Assembly (NCBI GenBank): GCA_022509205.1
Contig: JAFLTR010000003.1
Span: 13,151 to 77,150 of the forward strand
Direction: 5' to 3'
From: Muribaculaceae bacterium
GTDB taxonomy: Bacteria > Bacteroidota > Bacteroidia > Bacteroidales > Muribaculaceae
DNA length: 64,000 nt
Part shown: positions 1 to 9,439 of the stretch, in pieces
Layout of the letters: each line of letters begins with the position of its first letter
How positions within the stretch are numbered: the first letter of the stretch is position 1
Made by a program: the position numbers and the translations under genes
The notes under the pieces: model-generated
What the model saw: the letters and a program-made list of their open reading frames with translations, nothing else
Told to the model about the DNA's origin: nothing
The model's database searches: none

Positions 1-986
1 TAATCAAGAAGGGCTTTAGTCTTTTCAAGGTTTTTACGGCCTTCGATCTGGCGGTTGAGCGCCTTGAGGAATTGTTCTTTCTGTTCAGCAGTCGGGATAG
101 AAGCGAGCTGCATCTGCACCCTTGTGTCGTCGATACTTTCAGGGAGTTGTTGGAGAGCTACCTGGAAATTCTCTACGAGCATACCGAAATCGTCGTAAGA
201 GAGAGAGCCCACATTAGGTATGCCGAGCTGAGCTGCGTCAGGACCGAAGTCTTTCTCAAACATAGGCACAAGCATATCCTTGTATTGTTCGCGAAGCACA
301 GGGTTAGTCTTGAAATAACCTTCATGAGCCTTTGCGGTGAAAACTATAGCCTGAGCCACAAAGAGCAGACAAACTACAGAGCTCCAGCAGATGGCAAGCT
401 TTTTGAAGCGAGCGATCCATACAGTGTTGTCCCATCCTACACTCTGGAACATCGACCAGATACCATGGTTGAGGTGGAACCATAGTGCTATGAAACCGAT
501 GATGTAGACGATCCATGTCCAATTGGTCTGGAAAGCTTCCTGGAGGAAGAGGGTGCCGGCAGCCGGAGGGAGCACGTCATGGACTCCACGAATTTCCTGA
601 AGCTGCATCTTTGCCCAGAACTGAATAAGGTGGACCACAAGGAAAGCCAGGATCACGATACCCAGCACAAGCATGTTTTTAGAAGACCATTCAACAGTCT
701 TCGGTTTCTTTGAAACGGCATAGCGCACCGGGCCGCGAGCCTTGCGGTTTTGCAAGGTCAGCCAGCAGGCATACACTATGTGAAGAAGTATGAACAGAGC
801 GAGAGCCACAGATGCGACAAGCGCATACCAGTTGGCGCCCAAGAATTCGCAAAGCGAATTATAAGCGGCCGGCCAACAGATGGCTATGGAGTTCATACAG
901 CAGTGGAAAGTAAGGAACAGAACGAGCACGGCTCCCGAAACAGCCATGACGAACTTACGTCCTACGGTAGAGCATGTTAACCACAT
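1..986 (-). CDS. sdhC: Succinate dehydrogenase/fumarate reductase cytochrome b subunit (partial, runs off left edge)
   Basis: Not in the ORF track because there is no stop in the window. Manual translation from ATG 986: MWLTCSTVGRKFVMAVSGAVLVLFLTFH...WSSKNMLVLGIVILAFLVVHLIQFW...LWFHLNHG, the Bacteroidales SdhC pattern with heme-ligand histidines. Frame stays open to base 1. Confidence 0.9.
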   Translation of the reverse strand, partial: MWLTCSTVGRKFVMAVSGAVLVLFLTFHCCMNSIAICWPAAYNSLCEFLGANWYALVASVALALFILLHIVYACWLTLQNRKARGPVRYAVSKKPKTVEWSSKNMLVLGIVILAFLVVHLIQFWAKMQLQEIRGVHDVLPPAAGTLFLQEAFQTNWTWIVYIIGFIALWFHLNHGIWSMFQSVGWDNTVWIARFKKLAICWSSVVCLLFVAQAIVFTAKAHEGYFKTNPVLREQYKDMLVPMFEKDFGPDAAQLGIPNVGSLSYDDFGMLVENFQVALQQLPESIDDTRVQMQLASIPTAEQKEQFLKALNRQIEGRKNLEKTKALLD

Positions 987-1095
987 AGCAGTTTGTTTGT
1001 TAGTTTAGTTATTTATGATATTGTTTTTATGATTTGTGTTTTTCCTGAGTCCACCGATCAAAGCCCACTACAAAGGGCAATAAGGAATCTAAGAT

Positions 1096-1103
1096 GCAAA
1101 GAT
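1096..1103 (-). promoter_or_regulatory. Bacteroidetes housekeeping -7 box for sdhC
   Basis: TATCTTTG on the minus strand matches TAnnTTTG, about 110 nt upstream of the sdhC ATG. Confidence 0.6.
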
Positions 1104-1314
1104 AATGAAAAGTTTGGATAAACGGTTTGTTTGTGCATTAATGAGAATTTCCGGTGAGTTTTTTATAGAGAAAAGAGATAATGAGAGGATTGTTCCAAAA
1201 AATTTTGGGACTTTCTGAAAATTCCATCCAGTTAAGGTGTTCTTTTGGAAAAGTTCTTCCTGTTTGTAAAATTGTTTTTTTGCGAAGAAAGTGACTGTTT
1301 AAACAGATTTCAGG

Positions 1315-1342
1315 ATGAACCAACTAAAAGGAATGGTTGTTA
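1315..1342 (+). promoter_or_regulatory. Putative ECF-sigma-type promoter (copy 1 of 3)
   Basis: ATGAACC-N17-GTTA, ending 27 nt before ATG 1370; same motif at 36170-36201(-) and 44014-44046(+). Confidence 0.5.
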
Positions 1343-1369
1343 AAAATATGTTAAATAAATCTTGGAAAT

Positions 1370-2413
1370 ATGAAAAAATATTGTATTTGGGTAGTACTCT
1401 TGTTGTTAGTGATTGGTGGTTATGAAAAATCGGAAGCATGCACCAGAGTGGTGTATGAAGGGCCGGATGGAATGACCGCCACAGGTAGGACAATGGACTG
1501 GAAAGAAGATCTCATGACCAACCTTTATATTTTCCCACGGGGGATGCAAAAGAAAGGGGCTGAATCTGCGGCTACGATTGAATGGGTTTCAAAATATGGC
1601 TCTGTAGTGGCTGCGGGTTATGATATCGGCATTTGCGATGGAATGAATGAAAAAGGTCTTGTGGCAAATTTATTGTTTCTGCCGGAATCGGTCTATGAGA
1701 CAGAAAATGACACCCGTCCGGTGTTGGGGCTAAGTATATGGACCCAATATCTTCTTGATAATTTCGCCACTGTGAAGGAGGCTGTGAATGAATTGAAAAA
1801 TGATAGATTCAGGATTGATGCTCCTGACCTCCCTAACGGTGTTAAATCAAGGTTACACATGGCTATTTCCGACCCCACAGGCGACAGCGCGATAATAGAA
1901 TATCTTGACGGCCACGTATCAATCTATGAAGGAAAGGAATATCAGGTGTTGACCAATTCTCCGGCATATAATCTGCAGCTTGCCGTAAATGACTATTGGA
2001 AGCAGGTGGGAGGACTAAATATGCTCCCGGGCACAAATCGTTCTTCCGACCGTTTCGCCAGAGCTTCATTTTATATCAATGCAGTGGCTCAGACTTCGGA
2101 TGCAGATATTGCTATCCCGACTGTATTTTCGGTGATAAGGAATGTGTCGGTGCCTTTCGGAATTTCCACTCCCGACAGCCCGCATATTTCATCTACCCGC
2201 TGGAGGAGCGTGTGTGATCAAAAGAATCTGGTGTATTATTTTGAAAAAACCGTGCCGATGGCTGTTATGCACGTCAATTTAAAGGAAATTGATTTTTCTC
2301 AGGGGAGCGGGGAAAGGGTGTTGAAGTTAGCTGAAAATTCATCCTATGAAGGAGATGTGACTTCCTCATTCCAGGCCTCAAGCCGACCCTTCCATTTCCT
2401 TTTCGCTAAATAA
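1370..2413 (+). CDS. Choloylglycine hydrolase / penicillin V acylase family Ntn hydrolase with signal peptide
   Basis: Signal peptide then CTRVVY (N-terminal nucleophile Cys), GRTMDW, DGMNEKGL, LTNSP, LPG..SSDRF motifs. Confidence 0.92.
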   Translation: MKKYCIWVVLLLLVIGGYEKSEACTRVVYEGPDGMTATGRTMDWKEDLMTNLYIFPRGMQKKGAESAATIEWVSKYGSVVAAGYDIGICDGMNEKGLVANLLFLPESVYETENDTRPVLGLSIWTQYLLDNFATVKEAVNELKNDRFRIDAPDLPNGVKSRLHMAISDPTGDSAIIEYLDGHVSIYEGKEYQVLTNSPAYNLQLAVNDYWKQVGGLNMLPGTNRSSDRFARASFYINAVAQTSDADIAIPTVFSVIRNVSVPFGISTPDSPHISSTRWRSVCDQKNLVYYFEKTVPMAVMHVNLKEIDFSQGSGERVLKLAENSSYEGDVTSSFQASSRPFHFLFAK

Positions 2414-2440
2414 GGGGAATAACCGTTAGAGAAAAAAGGC

Positions 2441-2471
2441 GATGTGTCAAAAATCAACATTTTGACACATC
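2441..2471. repeat. Palindromic repeat family copy, possibly also a terminator
   Basis: GATGTGTCAAAA-N7-TTTTGACACATC; related copies at 11495, 18533 and 35566. Confidence 0.75.
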
Positions 2472-2847
2472 ATCTATTTTTAAGCTTGAAGTATTTTTCT
2501 TTTACAACCTCGTTAGTCTGCGCAGGACATCGGTTATATAAATTTTCTAATAATAAAATATTTTAGTGAGTTCCCATTGGATTATGACTTTCCTAACTAT
2601 CTGCCACACTTTTCCATTCCTCAACTTCCGAAATTTCCATTAAAACAATGCAAAAAAATAAGATTGGATTTGAAACATATAAAAAGTTGATTGGTTGTTT
2701 TGGAGTCTATTAGATTTTGAGTTATATTTACCATTTTAAAGTCGGAAAAAACAGGAAAAGAAAGTATTTTTCTTTTTTCAAATGGACTTAATACAGCTAG
2801 AGAACTATAACATAGTCTTTAATAATAACTTTCTAAAAAACCAACGT

Positions 2848-3393
2848 ATGAAGAAATTTTTACTTTTATGTGTATTAGGCGTGTTGAGTCTTTCGGCCTC
2901 CGCCCAAATCTATCTCGGTGGCACCTTTGGTCTGGACAGAGATTTTACCAATAATACCACCGATTTCGCTATCTCTCCCGAAATAGGTTATAACATCAAC
3001 GACACATGGGGAGTGGGTGGAACTATCAGTTATCAATACAGATATGAAGATGGGTTGAAAGCTAATGTTTTTGACCTGAGCCCCTATGTTAGATGGACAT
3101 TTGCAAGAGTTGTTGATGACAAGCTACATTTCTTTGTAGACGGAGGCTTTGGCATAGGCCTGGGTGATACAAAATACAGAACTCTCAAGAGCGATACACT
3201 CTGCATTTGGAGTATTGGTTTCAAGCCGGGAGTGTCCTTTAGTTTCAATAACCATTGGACAATTTTGACACATATCGGTTTCCTCGGATATAATGGGGCT
3301 AACGATGCTGCTAAAGAGGTGGGATTCACCAATAATTTTGGATTGGATTTCAGCAGTTTGAACCTTAATTTTGGGGTTTATTACACATTCTAA
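2848..3393 (+). CDS. Outer-membrane beta-barrel protein (small porin family)
   Basis: Signal peptide MKKFLLLCVLGVLSLSASA, alternating beta-strand pattern, C-terminal GVYYTF; start moved from 2782 to 2848. Confidence 0.85.
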   Translation: MKKFLLLCVLGVLSLSASAQIYLGGTFGLDRDFTNNTTDFAISPEIGYNINDTWGVGGTISYQYRYEDGLKANVFDLSPYVRWTFARVVDDKLHFFVDGGFGIGLGDTKYRTLKSDTLCIWSIGFKPGVSFSFNNHWTILTHIGFLGYNGANDAAKEVGFTNNFGLDFSSLNLNFGVYYTF

Positions 3394-3530
3394 GACACAA
3401 GATAAATTAGCAAATTGCCGGAAGTTGTTTTTGTAGTCTAATATTACTGCAAAACTGGAAGAAAAATACGATAATTTTATGATTCTTAGTAAAAAGAATG
3501 TAAATTTGCCAAGAACCAAATAAAAACGAT

Positions 3531-4037
3531 ATGTTGCAGAAACAAATTGAGGGTGCTCTAAATGAGCAGATTAATGCTGAATTATGGTCGGCATATTTAT
3601 ATCTCTCGATGGCTTTGAATTTTGAGAATCAGGGCCGTCCGGGAATCGCCAACTGGTTTAAAATCCAATTTCAGGAGGAGCAGGCCCATGCTTTGGCCTT
3701 GATGGATTATGTAAACGCCCGCGACGGAAAAGTGGTGCTGAAACCGATTGCAGAGGTGCCTGTGACATGGGAGACACCCATTTCCGCTTTTGAAGCCACT
3801 TTGGAGCATGAGAAAAAGGTTACGGCCAAAATCAACAATCTTTATGCCATGGCTGAAGATGCCAAAGACTTTGCTACCCGTCAGAAGCTCAATACATTTG
3901 TTGCCGAACAAGTTGAGGAGGAAGACACCGTGCGCCAGATTATCGACGACCTTTCTCTGATTGGAGAAGATGGCACAGGTCTTTTGCAGATTGACCGTGA
4001 GCTAGGCTCAAGAACTTTTACCGCACCGCAGTTATAA
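3531..4037 (+). CDS. ftnA: Non-heme ferritin
   Basis: LNEQINAELWSAYLYLSM, EEQAHA, HEKKVT, EQVEEE ferroxidase residues; TAAATTTG box just upstream. Confidence 0.95.
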   Translation: MLQKQIEGALNEQINAELWSAYLYLSMALNFENQGRPGIANWFKIQFQEEQAHALALMDYVNARDGKVVLKPIAEVPVTWETPISAFEATLEHEKKVTAKINNLYAMAEDAKDFATRQKLNTFVAEQVEEEDTVRQIIDDLSLIGEDGTGLLQIDRELGSRTFTAPQL

Positions 4038-4093
4038 TACTCTTAATATAACAATCCTTCCTACATCTGAGAGAGGGGACTAAAAACTGCATT

Positions 4094-4131
4094 AAAAGGG
4101 GGTGAACCAAATATTACGGTCCACCCCTTTT
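4094..4131. terminator. Bidirectional intrinsic terminator
   Basis: AAAAGGGGGTGAACC...GGTCCACCCCTTTT hairpin between convergent genes. Confidence 0.7.
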
Positions 4132-4161
4132 CTATTGTTGGCTCCGAGCTAACTATTATAT

Positions 4162-6252
4162 TCAGTTGCCGGTAGAGATTCTGATGTTGAGCGATCCGTC
4201 AGATTCTACGCTTATTTCGAGGGTAGAACCGGCCGGAAGGTTGAGTGCAAACTTTTCGCCCGCATTTTTCAAAGAAACAGGAGCCTTTCCGGAACCTCCC
4301 TCTACAGGATGCAGAGCCTTGGCAGTGTCAAAACCGGTCACCGGCTGCACTTTATATGCTGTTGTCGGTTTTGCAGGCTTATAGGCTGCAGGCGTAGGTG
4401 CGGCTTTCGGAGCCGGGGCAGCTTCAGCAACCTCTCCACCGGCCTCAAACTCGATGAGTGGTTGGTCGGTCGACATAACATCACCTTCCTTCACAAGAAT
4501 CTGTTTAACCACCCCTGCCATTTCGGAGAGTAGATCATTTTCCATCTTCATGGCTTCATACACAAGCACAGGATCTCCAGCTTTTATGGTATCTCCCGGT
4601 TTCACCTTGATGGCCATCACAGTTCCTCCCATAGGAGCACGGAGAATCGGACCGTTGCCAACACCGGCGGTATTTTCCTTAGCGGCGGATTTTGTCTCAG
4701 CCTTATTTCCCTTGGCCTCAAATTCGGCCTTACGTTTATTGGTGAGATAAATTTTTGCCACAGCCGGAAGAAGCTCCAACAAAAGATATTCCTCTTCATT
4801 CTGAGCTAATTTCACTCCTCCGAATTGTTCGAGCTCAGGATTTTCCGGAGCCTTGTATCCGGAGACATCAAATGGTTTCTCCGTGGCGTCACCGGTGATC
4901 TGTTTGCGGAATTCCGGATCGATTGCCACAGGAGTGTTTCCGTATTCGCCTTTCACAAGGGCGATAAACTGGTTGCTCTTATTGGTATAGTCGGGTTTGC
5001 CGTTACGACGGTCTAACGCGAGCGACACAGCCTGAGAACCGACGATCTGGCTCGTAGGGGTCACGAGGGGCACCAATCCGGCATCGCGTCTCACCTTAGG
5101 AATCAGAGCCATAGCTTCTTCAATCACATCCTCAGCATTGAGGGCGCGCAAATTAGCCACCATATTTGAATACATACCACCCGGCACCTCGGCATTCTTC
5201 ACGATCTCATTCGGTTTCGGGAAGCCGAAATATGCGTCGATCTTGTGGCATGCATCCAGCAGCTCATCCTCCCGGTTGTCTTTGGCAGCCTCGATAGCGC
5301 GGTCGAACTCCGCATCGATCTCTTTGGGCATCGCTGCATAAGCTTCTTCAAAATCTCTCGGCCATTTGTCTTTGTTAAGGTCGAAATCCGCCAAAGCAAG
5401 GCGAGCCTCCTTGAGGGCCTCGCGTATTTTGGCCACGGCAGCCATATCCACATCGAGCTCAATACCGAGTTTCTGACAGAAGATGTCGACAAGTTCGATA
5501 GCCGGAGCGGCAGAACCGCCACCAAACCACCAAATGTTAGTGTCTACGATATCAACATCCTGGATGATGGCCGTGAGCACGGAAGCCAAGCCATAGCCGG
5601 GGGTGCAATGAGTATGGAAGTCAACCGGAACATTAAGGGCAGCCTTGAGTTTCGGCATCAGAGTATAGATACGGGAGGGATTCACCAGGCCGGCCATATC
5701 TTTGAGAGTAATCATCTTGGCTCCCAGTTTCTCCATCTCCACGGCAAGGTTCACGAAATATTCATCCGTAAAGATCTTTTCCTCCTCTTTGGTGCCTTTA
5801 GGGTCGATGGTGTAGCATACGGCAGTGTCGGCAATACCGCCGAGCTCATTTATCATCCTGATAGAACTCTTTATATTCTCGATATCATTGAGAGCGTCGA
5901 AGATTCTCATGATGTTGAGACCGTTTTTGATTGCCTCACGGTAGAAGCCTTCAAGGACACTTTCCGGATAAGGCACATAGCCGAAAAGATTTCGGCCTCT
6001 GGAAAGAGCACTAAGGAGGGAAATACCCTTCATAGCCTTTGAACATTCGCGGAGACGATCCCAGGGACTTTCCCCAAGATACCTCATCACAGAATCAGGC
6101 ACTGCACCACCCCACACTTCCATAATGTAGAACTTGGCATCCTTGTAAAGGGGAAGGAGCTTATCGATATTCTCCTGCTTCATACGCGTGGCAAACAGCG
6201 ATTGCTGACCGTCGCGCAAGGTAAGGTCTCTTATTTTTAATTTTTTAGCCAT
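4162..6252 (-). CDS. Pyruvate carboxylase subunit B / oxaloacetate decarboxylase alpha-type carboxyltransferase with biotin carrier domain
   Basis: DLTLRDGQQSLFATRM, EVWGGA, LKDMAG, HTHCT, VPGGMYSN, LVTPTSQIVG, biotinylation motif EAMKM. Confidence 0.92.
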   Translation of the reverse strand: MAKKLKIRDLTLRDGQQSLFATRMKQENIDKLLPLYKDAKFYIMEVWGGAVPDSVMRYLGESPWDRLRECSKAMKGISLLSALSRGRNLFGYVPYPESVLEGFYREAIKNGLNIMRIFDALNDIENIKSSIRMINELGGIADTAVCYTIDPKGTKEEEKIFTDEYFVNLAVEMEKLGAKMITLKDMAGLVNPSRIYTLMPKLKAALNVPVDFHTHCTPGYGLASVLTAIIQDVDIVDTNIWWFGGGSAAPAIELVDIFCQKLGIELDVDMAAVAKIREALKEARLALADFDLNKDKWPRDFEEAYAAMPKEIDAEFDRAIEAAKDNREDELLDACHKIDAYFGFPKPNEIVKNAEVPGGMYSNMVANLRALNAEDVIEEAMALIPKVRRDAGLVPLVTPTSQIVGSQAVSLALDRRNGKPDYTNKSNQFIALVKGEYGNTPVAIDPEFRKQITGDATEKPFDVSGYKAPENPELEQFGGVKLAQNEEEYLLLELLPAVAKIYLTNKRKAEFEAKGNKAETKSAAKENTAGVGNGPILRAPMGGTVMAIKVKPGDTIKAGDPVLVYEAMKMENDLLSEMAGVVKQILVKEGDVMSTDQPLIEFEAGGEVAEAAPAPKAAPTPAAYKPAKPTTAYKVQPVTGFDTAKALHPVEGGSGKAPVSLKNAGEKFALNLPAGSTLEISVESDGSLNIRISTGN

Positions 6253-6462
6253 AGCGGTTAATTTTTATTGCGTAACTTAATTTTTATAGCTTCCCAAAAT
6301 TAAGAAGAAAATTCTGATTTTTTATGCTGTAAAGTTAAAAAATATATTGCGGGGTGAAACATATTACCCGATTATGGTCTCATTATAAAAAATATTTGGA
6401 ATAAAATGATTTTTTCATATAGATTATATAATTTTGTGGAGAAAAGTAAAGATAGTTGCGAT

Positions 6463-7203
6463 ATGAAGAAATTCTTGTTGCTTACATTAGTGATGATAGG
6501 ATCCCTGGTTTCCTGTTATGCAGTGACAATTCCCCATACGGTTATCCCCTATAATGTTAATTATCATTGGGGTATCATAGATGTCAACATAGCGCACGGC
6601 ACGGTGAAATATGAGTGTGACGGCACTAATTTTTCCGGCACACTCGATGGGGTCAGCATACCCTGGGAGGGACATGTGATCATGGTTTCCGACACATTGA
6701 AGGCCGAGATGCTCCCGGGTAACAAATACAGTATTGAAAAGATCAACTACCAGTCGGGCTGGTATCGCAGGCCAAGGACAAAATACTTCCACAGCGAGGG
6801 CTACAACGAGTCAAACCCGGAGAACTATAAAACCATTTCGGGCGAAGGCCAATATGATGCCAGCAACAATTCCATGGAGGCAATTGCGATAACTTCCGAC
6901 ATGGTGGGCATGTATTATTATGCCAATGAAATTGATTTCGAAACTCTTGAACCCAATGAAGTCTTAAACATCACTCTAGAAGGGAAATATGCTCAGGAAT
7001 TGAAGGTGACATACCTGGGCAAAGGTTCCTACGAGATAGAGAATACAGTCTATCCAACCTACAATGTGATGTTTGAATATAACTACAAGGGGTCAATGTC
7101 GGGTTATCCCGTGCAGATGCGCATACGTCAGAGCGACCGATTGCCCATTTTCCTGAGTGCAAGTATCCCTGTGGGCAAAATTGAGATGATCTATAATCCC
7201 TAA
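6463..7203 (+). CDS. Exported protein, DUF3108-like
   Basis: Signal peptide, YNVNYHWGII N-terminus, beta-rich C-terminus; start moved to MKKFLL. Confidence 0.6.
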   Translation: MKKFLLLTLVMIGSLVSCYAVTIPHTVIPYNVNYHWGIIDVNIAHGTVKYECDGTNFSGTLDGVSIPWEGHVIMVSDTLKAEMLPGNKYSIEKINYQSGWYRRPRTKYFHSEGYNESNPENYKTISGEGQYDASNNSMEAIAITSDMVGMYYYANEIDFETLEPNEVLNITLEGKYAQELKVTYLGKGSYEIENTVYPTYNVMFEYNYKGSMSGYPVQMRIRQSDRLPIFLSASIPVGKIEMIYNP

Positions 7204-7205
7204 GG

Positions 7206-7688
7206 ATGGAGAAGATAGCGAGTTTCACGATTGATCATGAAAAGCTTCAAAGAGGAGTGTATGTTTCGCGAAGAGACGTCACCCCTCATGGTGATGTATT
7301 GACCACCTTCGACATCCGGCTTACGGAGCCCAATCGCCAAGAGCCTGTGGCTCCGGAAGCGCTACATACCATCGAGCACCTGGCAGCCACCTTCCTTAGA
7401 AACCATCCCGGCTGGAAAGAAAAGACTGTCTACTGGGGGCCGATGGGATGTTCCACCGGCTGTTATCTCATACTGCAGGGCCGGTTGGAGTCAAGCGACA
7501 TTATCCCACTGATGAGGGAAACTTTCAGGTTTATAGCTGATTTTGAAGGCGAGATACCCGGAGCCACTCCAAAAGATTGCGGCAATTACTCATTCAACGA
7601 TCTTCCCGCAGCAAAAGAGACTGCCGGGAAATTTCTGAATGAGATTCTCGAAAACCCCGGAAAGGAGAATCTGGAGTATCCGGAATGA
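7206..7688 (+). CDS. luxS: S-ribosylhomocysteine lyase (AI-2 synthase)
   Basis: IASFTIDH, HTIEH metal motif, GPMGCSTG, CGNY. Confidence 0.96.
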   Translation: MEKIASFTIDHEKLQRGVYVSRRDVTPHGDVLTTFDIRLTEPNRQEPVAPEALHTIEHLAATFLRNHPGWKEKTVYWGPMGCSTGCYLILQGRLESSDIIPLMRETFRFIADFEGEIPGATPKDCGNYSFNDLPAAKETAGKFLNEILENPGKENLEYPE

Positions 7689-7811
7689 ATCCGGGTCTCA
7701 ACAAACCGATATACCGATTTGCCATATCCCGGATAATCAGTTCAAAATAAGAACAACCCCATTTGAATAACCCCATATATAGTAACCAAGAACCAATTAA
7801 AAAACAATACT

Positions 7812-8351
7812 ATGAAAATGAAATCAACTCTCCGCAGTCTGCTTGGGACGGTTGCCTGTGTAGGCTTTTTGTCAGCCGGAATGGTTGCTCTTAATTCATG
7901 TGGAGGAAACACTGCCAAAACCGATTCCGAGGCCACAGAGGCTGTAGACGAAAAGGCGTTTGAGGAATCCCAGCCCCTGCAGAGCGGCCTATATGATGCA
8001 GATTATTACGACATTGTAGGGAAAAATGCAAGAAAAGGAAGATTTGACGGCAGGATATATTTCGCCTTAAGCCCTGAAATGTCGGTTTTCAATGTCTTTG
8101 AAAACGGCAACAGAACGAAGATAGACTATACCGTGTTTCTTCAAAAGCCGTTTGAAAAAGGCGACAGCGGAGTCTACTGTGCCGTAGACAGGAAAGACAA
8201 TCCGGTTTGTCTGACTCCGGATTCCACCTATGTCTTGAAATTTATCCATAATGCCGACACAGTTTCGATAGGCTTCAATCCCAAACCGAGACACGTCAGC
8301 ACGGCAGTTGAAGTGATGGAAAAGATCAAGGAGAGGAAAGATAAGAAATAA
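7812..8351 (+). CDS. Hypothetical lipoprotein
   Basis: Signal peptide ending in LNSC lipobox; no recognisable domain. Confidence 0.7.
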   Translation: MKMKSTLRSLLGTVACVGFLSAGMVALNSCGGNTAKTDSEATEAVDEKAFEESQPLQSGLYDADYYDIVGKNARKGRFDGRIYFALSPEMSVFNVFENGNRTKIDYTVFLQKPFEKGDSGVYCAVDRKDNPVCLTPDSTYVLKFIHNADTVSIGFNPKPRHVSTAVEVMEKIKERKDKK

Positions 8352-8418
8352 TAATTTAAATCTTTTTCAAAAGATATCATCCCATTTTTGAAGAGCATCA
8401 GGTACCGAGAATGACTAT

Positions 8419-9408
8419 ATGATGAAATACACCCTTCAGCAACACATGAGCCATTTCTTCCATCTGGTTTCCAATATCAGGCCGGTTGTATGGATAGGGC
8501 TGTATGTCTGCGTCATTCCTCTGTTTGCCTTGATCTACTGGGCCTTGCCCGATTGGCAGTTTCATATCCCAGAAGGCGACGCCACAGGCTATGGTGCATG
8601 GCTTTACTACAGCATCGTAACGATTTCTACCCTGGGATTTGGTGATTACACTCCGGCACATGGCGCCTCCCAGGCGGTGACAGCTGTGGAAGTGATGTGC
8701 GGACTGATTTTCCTGGGCCTCTTTCTCAACGCTGTAGGCGCCATGAAATCAGAGATAGATGTAGAGTCGGAGATAGAGAAACAGAAGGCGCTCCACAATG
8801 CCGCAGAAACCGACAAATTGCAGAAATCAGTGCCTATGGTGCTCAACACCCTTAACGTTTTCCTCGCCTATTGCTATGCCGTCACTACTCCACAGGAGCA
8901 ACGAAACAAAATAACGGACATTGACGTGACCGGGGATGACGATCTGAAATATAATCCCGATTTCAGATTAAGAGACATGGCAGATATGTTTGAGCCCACG
9001 GGACTGCCCTTCGACCGCACAAATCTTCCGGCTGTGGAGCGGCTGGTGGTGAGCGCGGGCCGAACAAGCCTCGTTCTTGATTCGCTGCAACAGAGGGTAG
9101 ACCTGACGCTTTGGCCTCTGCTTTTGGAAGACTGTTTTGCTTTCGTAGCCAATTATCAGATGTTTTCCAACACAGACGTGATGTTTCGCAATCCCGACAG
9201 GATTGTGCTCGCCGACGGTTCGGCCGACCCCTCAAAGGCAAAAGATATATTAAGCAAGAAGATTTCCGACTGGACCCCCGATGAGGATCTTTCGCTCGAC
9301 CCCGACCTGAAAAGTGTGGCCGAACTTTATGCCTTCATAAAGGAGAATGCCGAGAAAGCCCGGGAGATCGAAACTCTCCTCACGGAGATAGCCCTCAAAA
9401 AAGATTAA
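8419..9408 (+). CDS. Two-TM potassium channel family protein with uncharacterised C-terminal domain
   Basis: TM helix, pore helix YYSIVTISTLGFGD, second TM helix, then about 215 soluble residues. Confidence 0.85.
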   Translation: MMKYTLQQHMSHFFHLVSNIRPVVWIGLYVCVIPLFALIYWALPDWQFHIPEGDATGYGAWLYYSIVTISTLGFGDYTPAHGASQAVTAVEVMCGLIFLGLFLNAVGAMKSEIDVESEIEKQKALHNAAETDKLQKSVPMVLNTLNVFLAYCYAVTTPQEQRNKITDIDVTGDDDLKYNPDFRLRDMADMFEPTGLPFDRTNLPAVERLVVSAGRTSLVLDSLQQRVDLTLWPLLLEDCFAFVANYQMFSNTDVMFRNPDRIVLADGSADPSKAKDILSKKISDWTPDEDLSLDPDLKSVAELYAFIKENAEKAREIETLLTEIALKKD

Positions 9409-9439
9409 TACAAATAAATAAACACCAAAATTATCCACT

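Noticed and set aside
72-980. Track ORFs 72..485, 322..522 and 750..980
   Set aside because: Shadows of the minus-strand sdhC frame that the track missed
3470-3490. GATAATTTTATGATTCTTA upstream of ferritin as a Fur/PerR box
   Set aside because: Too weak a match in AT-rich DNA to call
5245-6042. 265-aa antisense ORF
   Set aside because: Opposite a conserved carboxyltransferase; no motifs; typical antisense open frame
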